From: Perna viridis
Taxonomy: Eukaryota
DNA: 64,000 bases
Direction: 5' to 3'
NCBI GenBank assembly: GCA_037379345.1
Contig: CM074524.1
Coordinates: 33,427,644 to 33,491,643 of the forward strand
Part shown: one piece after another, positions 12,407 through 25,054 of the stretch
Layout of the letters: every line of letters starts with the position of its first letter
Numbering within the stretch: the stretch's first letter is position 1
Position numbers and translations under genes: made by a program
The notes under the pieces: model-generated
Told to the model about the DNA's origin: nothing
What the model saw: only the letters and a program-made list of their open reading frames with translations
The model's database searches: none

Positions 12407-14768
12407 TATCTTAAAATGCTAGGATAATACCCTGGGTTGAATAAACCTGTATATTCAGATCACCTGTCGTGTGAATTCATAATTTTGTTCTTCCTCGGAA
12501 GGTTATTTAGTTTGATTATATACTAAAACCTTGTTTTATCCAATACAATTTTTTAACAATTTGTTTAAAACATTTGTAAGAACACACGGGAGAAATACAA
12601 AATATTTCAGTAGAGATGACAACGTTTATGTTCAAATACTAGATATACAACCACCACATGGAGGAAACGCATTATGCAAATAACAGGTATGGTTCATTCA
12701 TAACAGTGTCCAGACGTCTGTGCCGTCATTAGTCTCCAGGTATCTGTTGTTTATCTAAATTTATTTATCTAAATATACAATAGTCCACTTAATGTCTATT
12801 ATTAAAGAAATAAGGGCATCATATAATTTTCATGTTATCTCCATTCATAATTCCTGTTACTTACTCACGAAATATACTGTTTCAACCTTATAATTTCATG
12901 TTCTGTCTGTTCAAAGTATTTGTCACAAATATGTCCGGTTTCACAATCATTTCCGCTTTGATAATTTGATAAACGTGTCCGGTAATACGTCACATACCCA
13001 AAACAAACGTACCCGTAATTGTAATAATAGTTTAGTACCGCAAAACAACGTTAGATGTTCGTACAGGAGGGAGAGTTTTCTGTTCCCGGCAATGGAGAAA
13101 AACGTACAAGAAATATCGTCTCTCTAAGCTCCAATGAATACAGATGGTAATGTTAGATTTATTTAAGTTGGCTATGTTTGTGCGATCGAAATGGACGAGT
13201 TTATGAAAGCATGGAAGTATAATATCTAGACATTATCTAGATATCATACTTCAGTGATGAGAGCGACCACGTCAGAGTATGATTTACTTGTTTTAAATTT
13301 CCCGTGTTCAATACAAGAAATGGTGCCACGATGTTTTTCGGGACTTTTTTGATACTGCAAATTTTGTTAAAAATATATGATGCAGTTTTAATTCTTAACT
13401 GATGAGTCATGAGTAAGAAATAAGATATTATAGTTTAAGGAAACAGAATTTAAAGAAAAAGAATTGATAATTGTCCATTTATGAAGGAGTTATACAGTGT
13501 TATTTAAGATGAAATTAATAAAAGCGTTATTACAAAATGTTTGTCCTTCAAACTTTAAGGCAAACTTTTCTACGGTTTTCAAAGCTATAATGATTTTTAT
13601 TGAAATTTAGTGTGTAGTAATCAGAAATAGATTATTGTTTTGCTATATAACTATGCACTACATTAAGCAGGCTGAACTATAAGTAATTCGATTATATGCA
13701 ACGTTAATATAAACGAAAGCCACCCACAAACAAGTGCAAAATCATCACGCTATGAAGTTATGGATATAGCAGTGAAAAGTGCACAAATTAAATTAAAAAG
13801 ATCAATAAACAAAATCGTGAAATCAGCTTAACACATAGCGGCCTTGTCTGGTTGGTAGGATTAAGACGTAAACACGAGTTGAAAAAGTCAAGGTGGACTT
13901 GATCAACAAGGTGTGAAAATGTGCATTGCAATAACACCTTATAATAAAACATGTTTTCATTGAAGATTTATAGGTCATAGGATATTAATTTGTAATTGAT
14001 TTCTTACCAACAAATAGACTAATGGACGTTTGATCGCGTTAAATGGAGTGTGTGGAATAAGTGGGACATTATTGGCCACATGCAGAGAGAGGAACGCTGA
14101 GATGGAAAGTTATTGTCAACTGTTAAATAATGATATAACACATCAAACAATATGAATTGCTCATAGCTTCTCCTCCTTTCTATACACCGACATAGCCATT
14201 TGAATAAAAGTTCATAGTTTTTTGTGATATATACAAAAAATGCCAATTTTATATATTGTAATTTTCGATATGCTGTACACGTGTGTTTCAAGGAGAAACC
14301 CCCTTATCAGCAGCATTAAAATCAAATATCTAGGATGATCATAATCAAAATATTAGTTGTATACAAGAAGTACTCAAAACCGAAACTATCGAAGGAGGAA
14401 GCCAGATACATAACCAAGAGGTTCTACCATATGCAATGCAAGGAATGAAGTCTCAGTGTTTAACCTATTTTTAAATTTGGAATACTGCAAGATTTCATAA
14501 ATAGGGTATATAAATTATAGTGTAATTCGGGGTCAGACAAGTCTGACTACTGGTTGATGAATACTCTAGAAGTAAAACCACCCGATAAGCGGTGAGAAAG
14601 TCGGATCTACCAAAAGATTAATTGTATACTATATTATTTCATATTTTGTAAAGTCAAGAACATTGCCTATTTTGTTGTCATTCATTATATTTAAAAAGGT
14701 TGCACATTATTATAACCGCATGATAATGCATAACTTCAACTTTGTTGCCCCTGTGGTGTCTATATTTT

Positions 14769-14771
<3 letters not shown>

Positions 14772-14803
<32 letters not shown>
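14772..14803. repeat. (GT)n microsatellite
   Basis: Directly visible. Confidence 0.9.
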
Positions 14804-14804
<1 letters not shown>

Positions 14805-15859
14805 TGTGACATATGTAGGCGATTTGCTTTTCTGTTTATTTTCAATAGAAGGCCATGAATGAATTTCATATACATTTAATTGCTTATGTAAACTTATAGT
14901 AAACAGGTGGAATAAAGGTGGAAATCTTTAGAAAGGGTTCCAATTTTTAGTCCAGTCAGTGCCCCCTTTTTGGAATGTTTTGCTCCGCCATTGGCAGTAA
15001 TGGCACTTGTATAAAAATTGAAAAAGGTTATTAAAGGGCAATATTTTATTAAATTCATTTGATCATGAGAATATCTTAAAAAAAGGAAAAGTTCCATTCA
15101 AATACTCAAAACTGCTTTACGTTTGTATTTATTCATAAAAGTATCTTCCGAACGAACATTAGCTAGAAAATAGTGTAGAGAAATATAACCCCTTTTAACA
15201 TACAGAAAGTGTCTATATATATTCAATTAAGCAAATGAAATGATATCAATTTTTACAATAAAACAGTTTCAATATTAAAACATTTCAAAATCCGGTTGAT
15301 AAATGGCACTTACCTAACACAATAACGTAAAACATTAAGAAATTGATGTGAACAATCATTTCTTCTGAAAATGGAAACATCGATATCAGATCAAATGTAA
15401 TTCTTATTAACTTAGATCACTTACTGAAAAAAATATTAAAAAAAACTTTTGAATCTTTTTGATTCACTTTAATTAATTATAATCTTCATGCTTTACCCAT
15501 CTTTTTGAAAGTATGATTTAATGGCTGTGTCGTTAATATTCGCAAATAAATACCAAGCATCAATACAGAAGGTCTTTCTGAGGTACTAGCGCCCATATAC
15601 ATGACAAAAACGGGCAAGGGGGAAACAGAGATGAGGAAGATCAACAAATAAAAATAGATACAAAATAAAACACAATCACATATACACATATACGCTGGGA
15701 GCGTTCGTTTATCGTGCATTAACTCTTTCAAGTAACCACTATTTCTGTTATGCAACATTAATTTGTCACAATAGCATAAATGTAATAAAATTTGTTGACA
15801 AAAATCCAAGACGGGAAAGGAGTCATGGCCGATGTAGCAAAAACATTGTCTACTAATAT

Positions 15860-17395
15860 GACAACATTGTTTTTGTCTACAAAACGTTTTATATCCAAGG
15901 TTTATTATCAGAGTAGAAAATACTAGCAGTGATAAGACCTGTACTGCTACCACTCTCTCCAAAGAAGAGATTGTGGAAAACCGTCTATGTACTGGATTCC
16001 TAAACTTCACAAGAATCCATACAAACAACGTTTCATAGATGGATCTGCAAAATGTACCACCAAACCTCTTTCAAAAGTTTTAACTTCTATACTCACAACT
16101 GTCAAAGAGGGCCTGCAGTCCTACCACAACACTTGTTACTCCCGTAGTGGTATTAATTCAATGTGCATCCTGAAAAATTCGAAAGATCTTTTAGAAAGAA
16201 TCAGTTAGAGACTATTATCTGAATATAATAGCATTAAAACCTATGATTTTTCAACACTGTATACTTCTATTCCCTACACTCAGTTAAAATCCGACTTAAA
16301 AACATTTTCCATCGTTGTTTTTTCCAAAAAAGATGGTACACCTAGATACAAATATATAGTTCTTGGTAGAGATTCCTCATACTTTGTAAGAAATAATTCC
16401 AAATCATCTTCCAAATATACAGAGGAAGATGCATAAAAAATGCTGGAATTTTTAATCGACAACATATTTGTCCAATGTGGTGGACGTGTTTTTCAACAAA
16501 CGGTCGGCATTCCAATGGGAACAAATTGTGCTCCTTTACTTGCTGACCTATTCCTTCACTCTTATGAGGCTGACTTTATAGCTGATCTGATCAGCAAGAA
16601 AGAATATCGTTTGGCTAGATCCTTTAATCTCAATTTCCGCTATATAGATAAAGTATTATCTTTAAACAATCCTAATTTCGGGGATTTGATACATCGCATC
16701 TACCCAAAAGAACTTGAGATAAAGGATACTACAGACACTGTGAAGTCAGCATCATATCTTGACCTACACTTAGAAATCGATGGTAAAGGAAAACTATTGA
16801 CCAAACTTTACGACAAACGTGATGACTTTTGATTCAGAATTGTCAACTTTCCTTTCATCTGTGGCAACATCCCTTCGGCTCCTGCGTATGGAGTGTTCAT
16901 ATCACAACTCATACGTTATGCCAGAGCTTGCCAAAACTACGCAGACTTTTTGTATCGCGCTAGAACTCTAACAAATAGGCTTCTGGAACATGGTCATGTT
17001 GCTATAAGATTGAAGTCATCACTACAGACGTTTTATGGTCGTCATCATGAACTCGCGGATCATTATGGTGTATCCATCAGCACCATGAAAACTGGTTTAT
17101 TCAACGGGTCATAGTTTTCCTTTCCTCGTTTGTCTACCCCGGACTTGACTTTTTATGAGCAACTCGGCGGGTGTTTCTAGAAAAGCAGAGGACGCTTACC
17201 CTATCGGTGCACCTGGTCCATGCTCCCAATTTTTAGTGGAGTCCGAGTTGCTCATTTACTTTTGTTACTTTGTATGTATGATTTTATGTTACTTTATGTT
17301 CTTTGTTGTGTATGTCTGTTTTCCATGTCTGGTCTTTGTCCCTGGAATACATTCTTTTGATTACCGCTATAACCTTGGTTCCCTTGATTACTCTT
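15860..17395 (+). mobile_element. 5'-truncated Penelope-like retroelement (RT ends without a C-terminal GIY-YIG; likely Naiad-type) with structured 3' UTR
   Basis: ORFs 15987-16208, 16440-16832 and 16893-17114 share one frame. They give MYWIPKLHK..., TYDFSTLYTSIP, GIPMGTNCAPLLADLFL, FRYIDK, SYLDL, LYDKRDDF and YGVFISQLIRYARAC, all PLE RT motifs. The ORF stops at 17112-17114, followed by a ~280-nt UTR repeated elsewhere in the window. Confidence 0.9.
15987..17114 (+). pseudogene. Disabled PLE reverse transcriptase
   Basis: In-frame stops at 16206 (TAG), 16434 (TAA) and 16830 (TGA). Catalytic YIDD reads YIDK (16641-16652). Apparent compensating frameshift near 16290-16325. Confidence 0.88.
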
Positions 17396-17507
17396 ACCAT
17401 TGCTTAAATGTCAGAGTTTTAGAACAGTACACAAATACGTGTTGTCTTTGCAAGCTCTAGTAAAATTTGTGATCTGTAACATAAAATACAATACGTAAAG
17501 ACCACCT

Positions 17508-17760
17508 AAGAAACAAAGGAATCAAGATTCTAGCAGAAATCAAAAGAATGTAATCCAGACATGGAAAAGAGTCACCTACAACAAAGAATATAAAACAACC
17601 AAAATAATATATACAAATTAAAAAAAAGCAAATAAGCAACTGGGACTCCACTTAAAACTGGAAGAACGGACCAGGTGCACCGGTAGGGTAAGCGTCCTCT
17701 GCTATTCTAGAAATAACCGCCCATAAGTTGCTCATTAAAAGTCGAGTCCAGGGTAGAAAC
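17508..17760 (-). mobile_element. Diverged inverted copy of the PLE 3' UTR, tail-to-tail with the main element
   Basis: Reverse complement matches 17130-17395 (GGACCAGGTGCACCGGTAGGGTAAGCGTCCTCTGC on the + strand). Confidence 0.85.
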
Positions 17761-18161
17761 TCTCGTCAAACTTTTAAAGCAAGATCAGCAATTAAACAGA
17801 AATTTCGGAAATATTGTTTGCGCTTTGTTTGTTTATACGGAACCTTTACATTTTTTCTTCAAAAGAAATCGTTAGAAATTAGAAAAATAATCTCACGAAG
17901 ATTAATCTAAACAACGAATAAGCAACTTTTAAGTGATTAAGCATTATAAATGGATATGTAAATCACAGTTCTATAAAAATGTAATTCATATTAGAACCTT
18001 GGCCGGACACTGATCAATATTGGGAATAAAATGACTGGTTATTGATAGCATAATGTAGAGTTATATTTTTGTCTTGCATTGTATTGTCTTGATCTGTTTG
18101 TTTTAATTTGATTTTTTTTCTGTTGTTTTTATTTTTATTTGTATTCATTTCTCATTTCTTA

Positions 18162-18163
<2 letters not shown>

Positions 18164-18247
<84 letters not shown>
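18164..18247. repeat. Compound microsatellite (TTA)n(TTTA)n
   Basis: Directly visible. Confidence 0.9.
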
Positions 18248-18249
<2 letters not shown>

Positions 18250-20489
18250 CTTGTATTTTCCTATTTTATTAACTTGTTTAGTAGGAGAATTGTTACATTG
18301 TAAAAATTTTATTAGTGTATTGGGTGGTCTAAAACAAGGATAGAGTTGCAATCGAAATTTACCGATCTTTGTATTTTATTAACTGTTTTTATAGATTTTT
18401 TAATCATTTTGCATTGGTAATCAAAACTCTTGAATCACACTGTACTGTTCATTTTTTCGTTATTGCCATAATTTAGGAGATTCAAAATTTCAATATTGCA
18501 TGCTATTCATGTAAATGTGTATGTATTTTTATTATTCTTGTTTGTTCTAAAATAACATTTTGAAAATAAAAGGAAAAACAAAGTTTCAAACCAGATTTAT
18601 TCATCCTCCATTATAGAGCTGTACTACAGCTAGTCCAAAAATCAGAACCATTTCAAGCTTTTACAAATTCCATGTAATATTTTTATTTGTATTTATTTGT
18701 GCTCCGTTCACTTGAAGTAAAAATATTTAATATTTGAATTGTATGTCAACAATATACCAATGACAGTGCACAAAACGATAATTATACCAATCGGTGTTTA
18801 CCTAGGTTAACCAATAACGGTTAGGAAATCAACATTTAATTTCTAGTTTTTAAAGAATATTCATGTCTTGAATGTTTTTAACTCAGGTTCTATAGGGAAA
18901 TTTTTTCTTTGTAAAAATATCGCTATTTTATTACTTTCTGTGTATTGTTTGTTAATGGCCAGTTTAATAATTTGTTGTAAGTTTTGTTTGTCCAGAATTA
19001 GATTTCGGTTGTAAAAATGTCACCGTTTATCAATTTGAAAGCACTACCAGATACATATCAGTCTGATTTCTCCTGTTGTACTACCCTTAAAATCAATTTA
19101 TTTCCATTTTTTACTCTATTTTTACTATATTTTGTGTAAACTGAGCGAAATTTGTCTTAAAGCATACATTATTTTTTGTCAAGGTCAAAGGACAATACAT
19201 CATTGATAAAAGTATGTACAGCGTCATTGCAAATGCGCAAGCAACATTTGTTGTAACATCAAATTCACCTGAATAATAAGAATTTCAGGGTATCAGATCC
19301 ATAAATGGATAATAAAATTTACACACATGTACAGACGTTTTCATCATTCACACCGATTTTGTTTTGGCAGTTGAACTGAGCTTTTTCTAGATGTGTCGCC
19401 TTAGCCTGGCAGTCGATGCCAGTATGATTATTTATTCCTGCAACATATTTTCAAAACCTGCCAGTGTAATACAGTGTTTACTACGTTATGTCAATTTGAC
19501 AGCAACCATTGCAATATTTGGTTCATTTTCCATATCAAATGAGTATCTTACATTTGTATATCTAAAATGCGTTTGAATAATATATCTCCTACCTACACAC
19601 ATCACGAGAAAAAAATAACACTAAATTACATTGCTATGGCCTTAGTCATACGACCCTAGTTATTTTGCCCCTTTACAAATTGCGGTTCATGACCTTAATA
19701 TTTCAGAAGGAGTACCAAGATATATTTTGCCAATAGAGATCAATGAATCTACATAGATAAGAATCTGTATACTCTGGACTAGTAATAGCAGTCGTATTTA
19801 ATTCAACGTTTAAACCTCTTAACAATAAAAGGTTAATTCAAATGTTGATTTTTCGGAAGAAAGTGAATATAGAATAAATAAATTTTTGGATTGAAAGGTG
19901 GTTTTCATACATTTATTTATATGAAAAATTATGTTATTAACCTAGGAATCATTTAGAATTTCTTTAGAATCCCAAGGCCGATTTTACTTTGTAAAATGAT
20001 TTGCCTTTTTTATGTCGAGTCAAATCGTTTGATTTTGAAAGATTTTGGGATAAAGTGGTGTGCCTTTTATTAAATGTTACAAACAAGAGCCATTAAACAG
20101 TTTGAAAAGTAATAAAAGCAGTTTTAGGGTCACCTCATTAAAGTTTTAACTTTTATCCCTCATTATATTACAGCTCCTTGAGAGTCGAATTGGTTTTTAA
20201 GTTCACTTCTTTGTTAAGAGCATTTTTCTTGTCCTAGTAGTGACCTTATCGTATGGACAATCCGATTCCTCGACCATAACCTTTAAAGAACTCACAGTCT
20301 ACGACTTCATTTATTGTAATTTTAATGCTGCAAATATGAGACATCAAGTAGAGCCTGACCTCGATTGCCATGACAATTCAGTTGTTTAGATCTTCAGTGA
20401 TATCATTCACTGACACACTCTACCTTTGTTGTCAAAGAATGACTTGAAAGGGACTTTTATAATTAAGTAATTAATTGATGTTTGGATGA

Positions 20490-20852
20490 TTGATGTCATC
20501 CCCACAGAAGTTATATGGTCGTCCTCGTGAACTCGTGGATCGTTATGGTGTTTACATGTGCACAATTTGAGCCAATTTGTTCACCGTGTCATAGTTTTCC
20601 TTATCTCTCTCGTCTATCCGGGATGTGACATTTAATTTGCAACTCGGTGGATGTTCCAAGAAAACCAGTGGACGAAAACATAACCGGTGCACCTAGCACA
20701 TACTTCGAGTTTTTAGTTATGTCTAGATTGTTCATTTGCTTTTGTTTCTTCGTATCTTGTATTTTGCTCATTTCATGTTCTGTGTTGTATGTTATCCCTG
20801 TCTATCTGTTGTTTGTTATCCCTGTCTATCATTGGAATATTTTATTTTGATT
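20490..20852 (+). mobile_element. Diverged PLE 3' fragment
   Basis: TATGGTCGTCCTCGTGAACTCGTGGATCGTTATGGTG...TCATAGTTTTCC...CCGGTGCACCT aligns to 17030-17360. Confidence 0.8.
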
Positions 20853-22343
20853 GTGATTATTAATTGACATAGTTGTTAATAAGGTTTCAAAGATTTGCAT
20901 TCAACTGCTTAAGTTAAAAATGTCACTTGATAATATGCAACTTGAAATGATTCTGGATAAAAAAAATTATATGACTTGTATTTTATGATACGCATAATAT
21001 CGCTAAGTAAAAAGCTGAGACATTAATCTTAATGATGTACAATGTTCTATCTTTTCCTTGATATTACAGTTTTGGAATTAGTTTTAACATTTTGACCTCA
21101 CAAACGTTGTTGTTGAACAACAAGCCATCTAGGAAAAAAACAAACCACATATCATATTGTATATTATACAGAAACCTTACATTTTAATACACAAACTGAT
21201 AAAAAATGTTTTAATAACCTTACTTTTATTATTTATTCAGAGTCCCACTTTAAATGGGTCAGATATATAGATGTTCTAATTACTCTATGGCTACTCAGTA
21301 GGAATGACAAGCATCGGTATTAAAAGGGCAGAAGAACTTCAGTAGTGAGATAATGTGATCAATGATATTATAATTGTTAAAATGGCCTGATCACTGATTA
21401 ATATTTAGATATACAGATACAAGTATATAACCTAGCGAATTAGGTCCAATGTCAAATTATCAAACCAAGGACATTACTAGCAAGCTAGTTGCTGTAAAAT
21501 TTTATTACCATTTTAAGTTTGTAGGATCGAACATCGAAGCATAATTAATTATTATTATCGGGTTAATGTTTTCTCTCTTTGTGATATGCATTTTAACACT
21601 GCCTTGCATGACGATGTCTGTCTTGTCTTCCTTAACAACTCTTTTTTAAAGATACTTAAAACCCTTAAGATACATGCGAGGCAAGTCATTAAATCTCTTA
21701 ATTTTATATTTGTTTTAATTTTCAAAGCCGTGTTACGTAAGCCATGTATCATTGAATGACACTTTAGTCATAGAACCATGCACATGTAGGCCAGATATAA
21801 AGATGTTCTGTAAAGATGTATTTACACAAAGAAACGTGTCAGCTGTATAAGCGTCAATGTCACCCAGGTTAGTAAATGATAATAAGTTAATACTATTTGA
21901 TAACTAGTTATGGTGTCAAGTTTGATTGTTAAAGTATCAGTGCCACGCGACTATGATATTTGTGTATATTAAGTACGAAATCTATGTAAGTTAATCATTT
22001 AATTCATGGTTACATGATGTGATGAACCAAATTGCATTCATTAATTTCAGTTTTTTTATACACATAGGTACACCTCAAGAATAGCATCAGTCGTCAATTT
22101 CGCAAATAAACGCATATTAAGACGTCCTGATAAGCATCGTGAGTCATTGCTCACGATAAATTTTACACCAATTTTATAGAAAACAGTAATATCACTATTT
22201 AGCTTTACATATTATTTTGATAATCGGCCAGAGAAGAGATTGGTATATCATGATGTTTGTATCTTAAACCCAATACATATTTCACAGTACTTTTCTCTTT
22301 GCGGGATAGGTTTTTCAGTGTAATGAGGTCATCATCATTTTTA

Positions 22344-22616
22344 GGTTGATTGGTTGATTTGTGTTTAACGCCCAAGCAGTAATTTTCCAGCTATATCCTG
22401 GCGATGAACATGACATAGATTATTAAGTGAACATGGAATAATGATGCAATAAAATTTGGATGGGACACAATAAGTAAAGGATCGAGGAATTTCGATTGCC
22501 ACTTAAAATAGGGTCGGACAATTTAGCCTTTGGAAATAAACCGAGGCTCCTACTCCGGTCGAATACCACATCAGAGCGGCCTAGCCCTTGACCAGGGTTT
22601 TCAGATATATTTAGTA
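22344..22616 (-). mobile_element. Same SINE-like family, diverged and internally deleted copy 3
   Basis: GTTTAACGCCCAAGCAG...GGCGATGAACATG...GGGTCGGACAATTTAGCC...CGAATACCACA then jumps to CCTAGCCC...TATTTAGT. Confidence 0.8.
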
Positions 22617-24626
22617 TCTTCGATTACTTATAAAGTTTTAATCATCAATGTTGCCATGTTCTACCTCAGTTTAAGATGACATTATTACAAAATACATCTA
22701 TTCCAAAAAGTTATTTATGTAATTGTTCTTGAAAAACTTAATCTGACATTATCTTAAACATTGATCAAAAGTGTCATAATGTGAAGGTCAAACGGTAAGC
22801 GACATTCTATCCACTCCTTGATTGGAAAGTACAATGACCTAGGAAAAAGATGTTAACAATATAGTTATTCCCGTTTTAAAACTAATAAAATAACAACTTT
22901 CAATCGAATTACATTCTAGCTGTAAGAAGTAGTTCTAGTTATATTGTCACCTTTATCATTTTGGTCAAAGTTACAATGAATGTGTGTATTTTGTTGTCTC
23001 GATCTTACCTCCAGTCAGAAGATGACCAAAATGACCAAACAAAGGGTTTAGATGCAAATTTTACTTTATTGTCTGTTTAACCACTTCATTATTGCAGCTC
23101 AGCGATATTTTTTTAAAAAATCAATCTATAGTATACACCTACTGAAAGTAACTACTCTGTTCAACCAGGATAAAAAACTGCAGCCCTTTAAAAATCGAAT
23201 ATAAAGACTCTTATATGACATTTACTTTTTTGTCTACAATTAATGACACGATTACACCTAACTACTGGGTGTTTCTTCACCCACGCAAGATAAAATCTTA
23301 ATTGAAATGAAACTGACAGGAAATATCCAACACCGTCTTGAATTATCCTGACATTTCAATTTAGCTTTTGATAACTTCACTTAAACGTATACTATAATAT
23401 CTTTATAACATGTACTCTTCTATCATATGCCATTTACAAAAAATAATGTTACGATTGTCAAACAGAAATGTATCGCTGACTCGTCTCTTTATGAGGTAGT
23501 CCCGTCTTCTGGTATTGTGACGTCATCAATTTAAACCTTTGCCAAATCATGCTATATAGTGATAATGAAGATATCATATTCATAGCTTTTCATTAATGGT
23601 AATTTGATCATGATTTTGTCTCATGTTAATTACAGTTTGAAAATTTCCGTTTGATATGTGTACTCCTAACCCAGTAACCATATATTTTCACAGTTCATAG
23701 AAGAATTTAAAAAGTCAACGATTTTAGATTATTTTGTGACACCAGTTATGTTATACATCACATTTTTTTCATTTTGTTAGTTACTAATACTGCTCTAAAG
23801 AACTGATTAATCTACACGTGATATTTGTGAAATTATGTAATACACCCTTTTATGATAAGTAAAATTACTGAAAATTTAAGAATTGAAAAAGAGGAAGTTA
23901 TCTTTCTCGTAGAAGTAAATATTCCAAACTGTTCAATCTATAACAATAGGTTTAGATGAAAAATACAGAGGGCAGGGGATGGAAATGACAGAACTCCATG
24001 CTTGATTTTATTTCAGCATTAGAGAGTATAAAATTTATAGCATCTTTTATGTTCCTTTGCATTCCTTAGTACTTGTACTTAAATATTCAAGCAGCTTATA
24101 ATAACGGCCAATGTACAGTAAAGGAGTTACCTACGATCATAGTAAAATATCATGTTGCTGTCTTAATAGAACTCTTCTCGTTGCCCGCACGTAACCTATA
24201 ACCAAAACGAATTGAGAGTCATTATCAAATCTAAATGTTAGAAAGCATATGATTAAACAAATAGTTTTCAACATCCTTTCACTTGTCTAGATTAAGGTTT
24301 TTAACTAGTATGTTGCCTCTTGTAAACAATTTTTATACGCCTCATTTCCTCCTGACCAAGCAAGAAATTTGCGATTATTTGTTATTTTCTGTGTGTTTCC
24401 TTAAACGTTGCTTTATATATGTTAAGAATATTATTTAATAATGAAAGGTAGATATAAGCTGTGTCCTGTTGCAACAAGATGAAAATAAGTATACTATGTG
24501 TGTAAGTTTTCAGTTTATCAAGTATTCGACCTCCTATAGCCAGCCATATATCTAAACAAGTTTTTCTTTCTCATACTGTTGACTTTTAACTTTTAAAATG
24601 GGAGACATAAGGAAGAATCAATAGAG

Positions 24627-24718
24627 ATCAAGTAGGTAAATTTTACCTTCGGTGATATCCATAAATTAGGAAATCAAGTAGGTAAATTTGACCTTCGGTG
24701 ATATCCATAAATTAGGAA
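24627..24718. repeat. 46-bp tandem duplication
   Basis: ATCAAGTAGGTAAATTT(T/G)ACCTTCGGTGATATCCATAAATTAGGAA x2. Confidence 0.9.
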
Positions 24719-24887
24719 TCTACAAGGAAAAGTTGTTCAGTACATTGCTTCATTTGACCAATGACATGTCTTCAAATATGTTGTCCTTATGATGTTTTAC
24801 ATTCAACGAAAGCGTTGTATTTGTACAAATAATATTTAAAATTGTGGTTATTGAAATTATTTCGTGACTACATATTTGTAATTTGTA

Positions 24888-25054
24888 ATATATATATATA
24901 GAAAGGTTTGAAAATTCCCAACGATGTTAGAACTGTCAAATTTGCGATGCAAATTTTTGTTCGTTCCCTCCACGGAACTCGAACTCGTACCGCTGTGACA
25001 TCTATTCCAACACCGCCTGCACAAAGTCTAGCGCCCTAGACCACTTGGTCAGCT
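24888..25054 (-). mobile_element. tRNA-derived SINE (Leu/Ser-like head)
   Basis: Minus strand GCTGACCAAGTGGTCTAGGGCGCTAGACT (A box, tRNA 5' half), GAGTTCGAGTTCC (B box), a short body and a (TA)n tail. Confidence 0.75.

Noticed and set aside
13392-13442. Hammerhead-like CTGATGA...GAAA (TTCTTAACTGATGAGTCATGAGTAAGAAATAAGATATTATAGTTTAAGG)
   Set aside because: Stem II does not pair properly and stem I is out of register after the putative cleavage triplet; not attached to a PLE.
15486-16028. 180-aa minus-strand ORF
   Set aside because: Antisense to the PLE and flanking low-complexity DNA; no protein-like features.
17155-17460. Hydrophobic 101-aa ORF and relatives at 26.7, 27.7 and 31.5 kb
   Set aside because: Translations of the T-rich PLE 3' UTR; frame is not conserved among copies.
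19130-19560. Possible CR1-like LINE C-terminal relic on the minus strand (YYTG, ARLR, VCTC)
   Set aside because: Too fragmentary and spread across frames to support without a profile search.
24960-25054. Functional tRNA gene
   Set aside because: Acceptor stem and cloverleaf do not form; followed by a SINE body and (TA)n tail.
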